Shown here: piece by piece, positions 53,695-64,000 of the stretch
Layout of the letters: the number at the start of each line of letters is the position of its first letter
Position numbering within the stretch: the first letter of the stretch is position 1
Source: the human T2T-CHM13v2.0 reference genome, Homo sapiens
DNA: 64,000 nt
Direction: 5' to 3' (one strand)
NCBI RefSeq assembly: GCF_009914755.1
Contig: NC_060938.1
Position numbers and translations under genes: made by a program
The notes under the pieces: generated by a model
What the model saw: only the letters and a program-made list of their open reading frames with translations
Told to the model about the DNA's origin: nothing
Databases searched by the model: none

Positions 53695-55969
53695 TAGGAA
53701 GTCCAAATGCTGATAAAGAAATTGGGATTCAGAGTGACTTACTAACTAGCCCCAGATCACACAGCTTATTAGAGGCAGATTCAGGGCTAAAGGTCAGATT
53801 TTCCAGCTGCAGATTTATTCTGCTTTGAGTGGCATTTTAGACATTAGTGTTTTCTTTAATCCTTAAGCATTTCAGTGTCTAAGGTTTGTATAACATCAGG
53901 TTGGTTTCTGGTAGTACGTTGATTGTGGAGAGGGCCCAGAAGCAGAAACCACAGTCTTTACATGATAGTTACTCTTATCTGAGGTTTGGCCTTTATTGAA
54001 TGGAAGTCTCTTGTTAAAGAAGGGTATGCATTGAGGCAAGAGTCTTGCCAACTTTTCAAAAAAAAAATGGGAACCCCTGGGCTCCTTGGGGATGGCTAAT
54101 GACAATGATTATGGAGGAGGCTGCAAATGTGAAGTACTTTATAAATCCTGGAGGTGTGGCAGTAGACTGTGTGTTTCTGGGGAGACAGATTTTTGCATAC
54201 ATTATCCTCTGGACACTTCTGCCTTTGGTGCATGCTTGTTTTTATAAAAAAGCTTGTTTTGTTCCTCCTGTAGAAATGAGCCTATCATCTAGAGTCATGG
54301 TGGTTTTCTGTATGTGTGAGCTTATGCTTCAGTTACACTGAACACTCGTACTACTGCAAAATCGAATTCAGTGACATTGCCAATATCTTCGCTCTCAGTA
54401 GTCTTTAAATATTCTTAGCCCTGGGAACTGGCCCAAGAAACTGCTTATTCTTTTCCCTGTATCACTTAGCATATAAATCCTGAATTACTGCTGACCGAAG
54501 ATACATAAAGTACAAATCAATAAGTATTTTGTTTCTATATTTTGGAGAATGAGACAATGAGTGAAAGAGAACCCCTCAATGAGGGCTTTAAAATATTGTC
54601 ATTGTTCTATGGATTAGTAGAGCTGCGGCTACTATTTTACTTACCCACTGGCCACCAGGTACTCACACTGCAGTGAAAGGATTCCTAAAAACATCTTTAT
54701 TAAGATATTCACATACTATACAATCCACCCATGCAAAATTTACCATTCGACGTTGTTGGTATATTATTACTTTGTAAAAATCATGGCCCTATGCACAACA
54801 TACAACTTGCCGCTTTAATCATTCTTAATGTACGGTTCGGTGGCACTAATTATGCTCACAGTTTTGTGCAACTGTCACTGCTACCTATTTCCAAAACTTT
54901 TTCATCATCCCAAACAGAAACTCTGTACTTATTAATCAACACCTCCCCGTGAAAGAATTTTTAAACATACCTTGATTATTAGCTTTGGATGTATGTAAAA
55001 CCTTTAAGGAAGATTTTGTTTAGTCTGTTTTTTTTCAGGGAAAGTTTATTTTTTAAGGGGCAGTTCCATACAGTAGGTGACACAGGTTAGGTTCCTCCAG
55101 AAAGCAGCCTCTTATAGTAGCATGTGGGACATTGCCAGAGTCTCAGGAGCAACACTTCTAGGGGATGGGGGAAGGGATGGAGGCAGGACTGGGTAAAAGG
55201 AGAACGTGTACTGTGTTGTCATTGGAAGGCCTCACCCTACCCAGTGGAACTCTGGAACTGGCATTTCCCAAGTTGGGGCAACAGGGATGGATCTTTGTAC
55301 CATATCATTCAGTCATAGGGTTCAGCTCCCAGGACGGCGCATGAGCTTGGACAAATTCTCTCCAGCCAAGGGTCAGAGAAGGTTGACAGCTGAGAGCTAA
55401 GAGCCAGCAGCTGGGGGGTGAAATGCTCAGTCCATACTTTGCCAAACTTTGCTCTCCACTGGAATCACCTTTGCATCCTCAAAAATACTACGCCTGATTT
55501 AATTGGTATGGGGTAAGAGACAAGTGGAATGCTTCCAAAGCTCCCCAGGAGGTTTGAATGGGCAACACAGATTGGGAATGGCTGCTTTCAGTCTTGAAGG
55601 GGAGTCAGCATAGTATACATCATCATGGGAAATGCCTGGACTTTGGATTGAAAAAAAGTTGAACTTGGCTCAACCATTTACTGACGTTGTAGTTCTTATT
55701 TATGTTCTGTTAAGATTTTGCTACTAGGCTTTAAAAAATATGAATGGATGGTGCACCTGGGTGGCTGAGAGGGCACTTACAAATTAAAACAAAAACAGTG
55801 AACACCTCCAGAATTTGATAGAACACAAGAATGCATAATTCACAAAGAAGAAATTCAAATGCTTTTTAACATTTGAAAATATAGTCTTAATAGCAACTGA
55901 AAGAATGAAAGTTAAAACTATATTTTGCTTATTATATTAGCAAAGATGAAAAATAATTGCTATTGCTCA

Positions 55970-56316
<347 letters not shown>

Positions 56317-56896
56317 AGAAGGCATTCTGATCCTCTTGGTATGTCCATTGGTGTAACACGAATGGTGGGCCATTTGGCCTCCATTCATGTGTCTACCAAT
56401 GCAATGTAGATAAAAATTCATAAAAAGCGAATGCCTTTTGACATAACAAATCTAATTCTAGAAGTTTATCCTGAGGAAATAACAGAAGAGTATGTAAAAA
56501 TGTGTGCATAAGTTGTAATTGCCTGGGTCTTGCTGGCAATTAGGAGAAGCACAAATGGTCATTAATAAAATATTGGTTAAATAAGTTCTGGTACATACCT
56601 ATGTACTTCTAATGAGAGAAGCCATTAATAAAATAGTGTGAGCCTATTTTTGCATTAAAACATTTGCATTGAAAAATGACTTTGAGAAAAATATCAGATG
56701 TTAATGGTAAACAGTGTTTTTCCCCCTGAGTATAAGAATTATGGGTGAATTTTATTGTCTAACTCATATCTCTTTATAATATTTATACTTAGAAAGTATT
56801 ACATGTTATTTAATTATGTGTTAATTTTATATTCATAAAGAGCATAGAGCTATTTCCAAAAATTACATATTTCCAAGATTACACACCTGCATATCT

Positions 56897-56943
56897 CTAT
56901 CTATCTATCTATCTATCTATCTAATCTATCTATCTATCTATCT
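56897..56943. repeat. Interrupted (CTAT)n / GATA tetranucleotide STR
   Basis: (ctat)6 ctaat (ctat)4 ct. Confidence 0.93.
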
Positions 56944-58934
56944 GTATCTCCCTATTCATTCAGCAACCTAAAATGAAACAGCCTATAATCCAATTAGTAG
57001 TTATCCCTAGAATTTGAGGTCACGGGTGATTTTTATTTTCTTTCTTGTGCTTATTTATACTTTACAGATTTTTATAATGAGATCATATCTCTCTTATAAT
57101 GAGAAATGTTTTAAAAAAGCTTTTAATATCTCAGTGCACTTGCCTGACCTATTTTATATCCATTCTTGCATCTATTTCATTTGAAGAGTCCTTTGGATAG
57201 CATTTCTTTCTCCATGTCTTTCTTCCTGCTGTCCTATTTAAATAATCACAATTCTGTGTTGAAATTTTTGTATGCTTTACCTAATTAGGACAAATATTCT
57301 GACTCTTGCATTTGTTATCAAGATGTACATTTTTACTTTATTCATTATTGTTTTTTTTTTCTTAAGCAAAGTTTGGCCTTTAGATGATGCATTTCCAAGC
57401 CTAGCATCCATCATCTACCATTATGCTTTTGACTCATCTATTAAATAGTAATGTGTCCTCCAAAAATATTGATGTTAAATTAAATGACTCTATATTTGTC
57501 CTTGGAAAAAGCTTTGAGGCTATAAAATTTACCAAGCAGGTAGGACATGCAAAAAGAGAAATGCATGCAAATGCTTCCTATAGGCAGGAGCTCTTCAATG
57601 TGTCTGACAAATCTCATCTATCCTTTAGGTCCTAAATTAAACATCACTTCTCTGTGATGCCCACCTTGACTTTCCCAGGGTAAGCTGGTGCTGACTTCTC
57701 CTTATGTTTATTATGCCTCTTATTAAATCTTATTTTAAGTAGTTATTGATGTCTACCAATGCATTAGACCACCAGATAGGAAATATGGTTGCCATCCACC
57801 AACACTCTTCCAACAGTCCCTACCTCCTCATATTCAAGCCCCTGACAAATAGATGATGACAGACGCGACCATATGTCACTTCCAAGATTAGGTTTTGAAA
57901 GACAGAGGTTTCCGTGTTGGGCTGTTTCTCTTGGCCCACTAACCTATGGAAAGCTAGCTGTTGTGACGATAGGCAATGTATGCAGAGAGGCTCATGTGGC
58001 AAGAGCTAATAAAAAATGGAAGCTGGCCACACACATGTGAGTGAGCTTTGAAGCAGATCCTCCCCCTTGTCAAGCCTTCAGGTATTACAGGCCTGGCCAT
58101 CAGCTTGATTGCAAACTCATAAGAAACTCTGAGTCAAAACCGTCCGTCTAAATGGCTCCCAATTCCTGACCTTCAGAAAATACGTGAAACAATAAATTCT
58201 TGTTGTTTTCAGTTTTGAGTTTTAGGATAGTTTATTATGCATCAGTAGATAACTAATCCACATTGGTACTAGAGGTGCAGTGCTTATGTAACAAGAAACT
58301 AAAATGTGATAGGACTTTGAACGAGGCAGCGGGCTGTGGAAAAGCTGTAAGGATTAAGGACCATGTTAGTAAAAGTGTAAAGTGCCTTGAACACACTGTC
58401 CATAGAAGTTTGGACTTTGAGGAGGCTGCCATTGAAGGCTTCAAGGAAAATGGGAGAAATCCTATTGGAAACTGGAAAACAGAGAATCTTTGTTACGTAG
58501 TGGCAAAAAAAAAGAAAGAAAAATTAACAACACTGTCACCTGCAGTAATGTAGAAAGTAGAAAATGTGCCTGATAAACTGGTGATATAGTTAAGGAGATT
58601 TCTAACCAGAGTGCTGAAAGTGCTTTCTGATTTTTTTTTTTCCTGTTGCTTAGAGTAAAACTGCAAGAAGAGAGGAGAAACTGAAGGTAAAACTATTAAA
58701 TAAAAAAGAGCCAGGACTTGCTGGTTTTAAAGATTCCCAGCCTCCCCACATGGTACGTGATGCTAAAATTAAGAAATGGCATCTGAGCAAAGACCAAATT
58801 CAGGGCACTTTTAGGAAAACAAGGTCCAAACATTAAGCCAAGGATGCGACTATAAAGTCTTTTCTTAACATCTCAGTAAACAAAGATAGTGTCTCAGAAT
58901 ACTGTTTAGTCAGAAAAACCTAAAGATACTAAGA

Positions 58935-59155
58935 CAAGCTTGTCCAACCCTTGGCCCGCCGGCTGCGTGCAACCCAGGATGGCTTTGAACGTGGCCCAAC
59001 ACAAATTTGTAAACTTTCTCAAAACATTATGCGTGGACCTTTATTTTTATTTTTATTTTTTAGCTCATCAGCTATTGTTAGTATATTTTATGTGCGGACC
59101 AAGACAGTTCTTCTTCCTATGTATCTCAGGGAAGCCAAAAGATTAGACACCCTTG
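58935..59155. mobile_element. MER30 DNA transposon
   Basis: caagcttgtccaacc...cccaggatggctttgaa...cagggaagccaaaagattagacaccc. Confidence 0.85.
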
Positions 59156-60293
59156 GACGAAGGGCTTGCCTTACAGATCCTCTCTATCAACCAGTAGTGC
59201 TCCCTGGAAGCTCACAGACATTGTACCTCAGTCCAAGCTCAAGAAGGACCTGTTTCAAAGAGATTTGTGGGTGTGGCTTTTGTGTAGTGGAATTAAGCCT
59301 AAAGGGATTCCCAGAAGACCCATGGAGTTGAAAGGGGGTTGTGCTTGAAGAAACACCATCAGCTGGAAAGAAAAGAGACATAAAGAGTACAAAATGCAGA
59401 GAGGCCTTTGGACCACCAAGTGTCAACAAGTAAAAAGCAGACTGAGAAAACTAACTCCCCAAGCACATGTTACCTTTCATGAAAATGAAAGGATGCCTGA
59501 GAGGGCACACTCAAGATTTCAAAGGGTGAGACTAAAGCCATAGAGAAATATTCCTAGGCCTTAATTAGAGACCAAATCAAGGAGCTTCCATCATTTGCTT
59601 GCCTGGATTTCAGAACTACTATCCTTGCATACTTCCCATTTTCCCCTTTGTGAGTTGGAGTGTCTATGGCAGTTATCCTCTCCTTATCCTGCCCTTGCAT
59701 GTTGGGTGCATGGGGCCAGATAACTTGTTTCTTTATTTGCACATGCCTCTATATCAAGAAGAACCACATTCAATTGTTGTATGTCAGAGACTACACCCAA
59801 GAAGGCTGATTTAGATGATGAGGGTCTGGACTTGGAACTGATGCTCTGTTGGGATGAGACTTTTGGGGACAGTAGGAGGGGTGGGAGTCCTTGGGAGCCA
59901 AAGGGTGTCCTGTGTTAGGCAGCCTCCAAGATGGCTCCCTTTGATCTCTGACTCCTGGACTCACAGAGTTGTTAATCCCCTCCCCATCCCACATTGTACT
60001 AGGGTTGGCCTGTGTGACCAATTGCAAATGGCATAAGTGATGGTATGTCGCTCTCAATATTAGTTTATTAAAGACTGAAGCTTCCATTTTGGTCCTGCTC
60101 TAATCCCGTGCTTTCCTGGATCCCTCACGGTGGGGAAAGCCAGCTGCCATAAGTTGAGGACATTCAGGCAGTCTGGTGGAGGCCCACATGGTGAAGCAGT
60201 TCCAGCCAATAGCCATGTGACCCTCTAGTTCCAATCAAGGCTTCAGATGATGCAGACCAGATTGACAGTTTGACTGTAACCTCATGAGATACT

Positions 60294-61132
60294 ATGTAGA
60301 AAAAAACTGCTGTAGGCCTTAGACTTCTGTACTTACAAAGACTTCTTGCAAAATTGGCTTGGCTGGCATCCAGGAATTTGGATTTAGGGGAGGCCTGACA
60401 CCATTTCCTAATGGATAAGAGTGGTTCACTGTGCCTAAACTGTAAACAATATTATTTATGCTGAGCACTTGCTTTCCATATGGGAGTCTTGGATTTTTAT
60501 ATGTGCTAGGCAGAGGGTGTGTAATGAGCAACCCTCAGTAAAAACCTTGGGCCAGGAGTGCTGGCTTACGCCTATAATCCCAGTGACTCAGGAGGCTGAG
60601 GCAGGAGGGTAGCTTGAGGCTGGGAGTTCAAGAACAACCTGGGCAACAGAGCAAGATGCCATTTCTGAAAACAGAAAATTAGCCACGCATGGTAGTGTGC
60701 ACCTGTAGTCCTAGATACTCGGGAAGCTGAAGTGGGAAGATTGAGCCCAGGAAGTCAAGGCTGCAGTGAGCCATTAACTGTGCCACTGAACTCCCGCCTA
60801 GGTGACAGAGTGAGACCCCCCACCCCAAACTCTAAAAAAAAACAGACAAAAACATTGAGCACTAAGTCTGTGATAAGCTTCCCTGGTAGACAGCATTTTC
60901 CACTTGTCACAATACGATGCTGGAGGAATTAAGCCCATGCTGTGTGATTCCACAGCGAGAGAACTCTTGGAAACTTGCATTTGGTTCCTTGTCTGGCAAA
61001 GAGAAAAGGTGCTGATTTTGCTTTATATTCTTTTGCTATAATAAATCCTAGCTATGAATAATATTATATGAGTCCTGTGAATCCTCTTAGCCATCACTGA
61101 ATCTGGGGGTGGTCTTGAGGACCTCCAACCCA
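60294..61132 (+). mobile_element. MER68/MER21-type LTR inserted in the MLT1 3' LTR
   Basis: gataagagtggttcactgtgcctaaactg...gtgctaggcagagggtg...gagtcctgtgaatcctctta...gggggtggtcttg. Confidence 0.7.
60550..60848 (+). mobile_element. AluJ inside the MER68-type LTR
   Basis: Dimer; degenerate TSD aaaaccttgg / aaaacattga. Confidence 0.85.
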
Positions 61133-62053
61133 GAGCTCCTGAGCTAGGAGCACCTAGATCTTCCTAGACCCTCAGAAACCATAGGATAATAAATATTTGT
61201 TATGTTGAGGCACTGAGTTTTGGAGTAGTTTGCTTCACAGCAATAGGTAACTAATTCTGGAAGCCAGTCATTTCTCTCTTCCCAGCATTTAGTTTAGTGT
61301 CTTGGAACATAGGTGTTAAAGAAATATTTGTTGAGTGACTTGACACTATTTCTGCCTTTGAAGAAGTTCATAGTCCATTTGGTTCCTTTGCTGGAGGAAT
61401 CTAAATCCTGGCTTGGTATTATGAAGCAGGCTTACTCTCTTTTTTCTGTGGCCTAGAAGAATCAATCGCAGTGGCAGCAGCCTGCCTTAACGTTGTCAGG
61501 TTCTGCCATCTTCCCTGTTGAATGAGATCCATGGGTATAAGAATTAGTGTATGACCATGCCTCTTCTCTTTTACTCACTTCTTAGGTCCTTTGATTTTTA
61601 TTTTCTCTCCCTTCTATGTCATGGCAGTGGTAGCTATTCTTACTATTGAAATAAAAACTTCTTCCTGCTGAAAAATTAATTACCAAATGTTTCAGGGCCT
61701 TATAAGATATTAATATTTCCATATCGAGTCTTGCCTCTTACTCTATCATATGATTGCCTTGAGGAAAGTTCAGACAAATTAACTTTCCATTTTACATTGC
61801 ACCCCACTTTCCCAGCTTCTGCAAACTGTCTTGAAATAGACTTTATAGAAAGATAGGAACCATTTCCACTAAAATGAGTTTAATGTAGGGAAAAAACTCA
61901 AAGTATACACTGAAAGTAGACTTCTTTGAGTCATTTACAGTTAAAAATTATTTTAATCTAAAGGTGTATTTGAGTGTGTGCACAGGTATACACATAGACC
62001 GCCCCCCACCCCATACTCATTCCTGTGGCACACTTCTTGCTAGTTGTTGGCAC

Positions 62054-62587
62054 TGTTAAATAAAAATTACAGGGGGCCATCGTTTTGGACTAAGCTTCTG
62101 CACTTGGCCCCAACAAACCAGATTGAAAATCAAAATGGAGTCACTCATGCTAAAGTTCCATGTCACCTTCCAATAAATCAGGGGAGGAAGATAACAATCT
62201 AATTTTCCAAACAGGGCAGTTTCAATCTTCAATCAGCCTGATGAAGTTCTCTCTGCTTTAATCCTTACAACAAAAAGTAACCTGAAGGAACGTGATGTTA
62301 ACTAGATATTTTTTTCTCTATTGTTCTGTTTTCCTGTTCCTGGATTACAAAGAAAGTAACTATGCAATGACCAATTGCTTTTGTTCTGTGTTTCTGCTTT
62401 CTCTAGCCCTTTTCTGCTTACAAAGCCAACCATCTCTGCCCACTCATTGCAGCACTTATTAATGGCAAAACCGCAATACTTTTGCACCAAAATATTTAAT
62501 GGAATGAAGTGTTGTTCTATTCTAAAATTGCAAATAAAGCTACTTGAGCTCCTGAAAGTAAATTTGTTGTAATTTTGTCCTTTGACA
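62054..62587 (+). mobile_element. ERV solo LTR (subfamily uncertain) containing a MADE1 fragment at 62458-62490
   Basis: TGTTAAA...TTTGACA termini, aaaatggagtcactcatgct, AATAAA; aatggcaaaaccgcaatacttttgcaccaa. Confidence 0.65.
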
Positions 62588-63039
62588 GATCCTTTTCCTC
62601 CTCTTTGAGTCTCCTTCCGGTTCAGCAGATGACCTTGGTTATGAGTTTCATGAGAATCCCAGGGTGATCTAATAGAAGCTCTCTCATTTATCTTCTTTCC
62701 ATCTAATTTTTTACAATTTTTATTGTTTTTTCTTGTGTCAGAGAATCATCTACCTTTGTTTCAAAGGGTTCTAGTCCTGCTTTCAATCCCATATACTTGG
62801 GCCTGATGGATCTTTCGAAAGTGAAATTGTGGCCCCATGATGGCATCATTTGAAAGCCTCCGATGACTGTTTCCCGAGGAGGGTGAACTTTCTCTCCTTA
62901 CCTGCTCTTGCTTTCCTGCCTCCATTTTGCTCATGGCATTCCCTTGAATTAGGTTCTATGAGTGGAATACAGCTTTGAAGGCAATTCCAGAGATCCAACA
63001 AAAACCCAGGAGATTGGAAGGAATTCATATTTGTCAAAA

Positions 63040-63302
63040 AATGTGTAGCTCAAAAATATAAAAAAAAAAATAATGCAAATAAAACCCAATAGAGTATAAC
63101 AACTATTTACATAGCATTTATATTGTATTAGGTATTATAACTGATCTACAGATGATTTAAACTATAGAGGAGGGTGGCATAGGTTATATGAAAATACTAC
63201 ACCACTTTATATTAATATAAGAGACTTGAGCATCTGCAGATTTTGGTATCCTCTGGGGGGGTACTGGAGGCAATCTTCCTGGGATACTGAGGGGTGACTG
63301 TA
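63040..63302. mobile_element. Tigger3/MER7-type TcMar DNA transposon fragment
   Basis: gtataacaactatttacatagcatttatattgtattaggtattataa ... gatactgaggggtgactg followed by TA. Confidence 0.8.
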
Positions 63303-64000
63303 ACTTATTTTCAGTACTTTGGTAATAGTGTATTTAACGGTCTATTGTTTCTCAGGGTTTGTGGATGATAGTCCATTAGGATCTGAAAATAAGATATTAG
63401 AAGTTCTATTTACTTTTTTTTGTTTTTCTGAAATTTTAAGTGTATATGAAGTTAAGGGAATACATGTAATTTTGAAATAATTAAATATTCATGTTTGGAA
63501 ATCTGTTCAAATTTTTGGGTGGCTGGGAACACAACCAAAAAGATATGGAAACCAATAACAATTATGTATCAGTAGGCATTTTATAAATAGTCTTTGATAT
63601 TATTTTGGATATAAGTGATTTGATTGACACTTCTCATTTAATTGCTTATTAGGTGGGTTTCTGTTTTGTAGAGAACATTTAAAAAAAATTTAGACAAGCA
63701 AAAGTTAATAAAATCACCTGTGGTATGACCACTCAGAGGTAAGTATAATGAATGTTTTATTGTATCTTCTTTGCAGCTAGTTTTCTATACACATAGACAT
63801 GATTTTCTTCTAAAAAAGGAAAGATCATGATGTATTTATAATTTGTAAAACTTTTATACCTTGCTCTTTGAACTTTAAAGAATGTCATGAACATTTCCTT
63901 AGATACTAAACTCTTTCCCCATATATTTTAATGGCCTTATTATATGAACATATAAAAATAATTTATTTTGATACCTTAATTCATGTGCTGTTGGATTTTT

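Larger units (their letters stand above)
57784..61258 (+). mobile_element. MLT1F-family MaLR provirus-like element: 5' LTR ~57784-58260, internal region, 3' LTR ~59911-61258 (interrupted)
   Basis: Two similar LTR ends (gtagataactaatcca / ataggtaactaattct); internal start cattggtactagagg; 3' LTR start tgtgttaggcagcctccaagatggc. Confidence 0.75.

Noticed and set aside
54648-54665. CTCF-like TGGCCACCAGG
   Set aside because: The 3' half of the motif (TGGC/GGGC) is missing
62458-62490. miR-548-type hairpin from MADE1
   Set aside because: Only one arm is present here and at 3474, so no hairpin can form

Overview
Primate (human-like) genomic DNA, mostly interspersed repeats. The only host coding sequence I can support is a 104-nt exon at 16252-16355 (+). 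It is too short for the ORF track and encodes [28 protein letters not shown], which I recognise as the N-terminus of RGS6. The window therefore appears to be the end of the RGS6 upstream intron, the first coding exon and ~48 kb of the very long next intron. The main feature is a full-length ~6.06 kb L1PA2/late-L1PA3-type LINE-1 (27723-33787) inserted antisense to RGS6, with ORF1 and ORF2 broken. Its antisense-side parts look intact and point along RGS6: a polyA hexamer, the antisense promoter region, an open ORF0 with strong Kozak context, both ORF0 splice donors and an internal acceptor. This is the 'gene-breaking'/ORF0-fusion layout, a known type of mechanism. Smaller oddities: a 20-mer present twice in a tandem duplication and once inverted 1.4 kb away, several local tandem duplications, inverted Alu pairs, a MER41 LTR without GAS sites, an MLT2A LTR with DUX4-like motifs and a nested MaLR provirus. 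Subfamily calls come from remembered consensus diagnostics and need RepeatMasker/Dfam confirmation. Boundaries without a stated TSD are approximate. I found no clearly new biological system.
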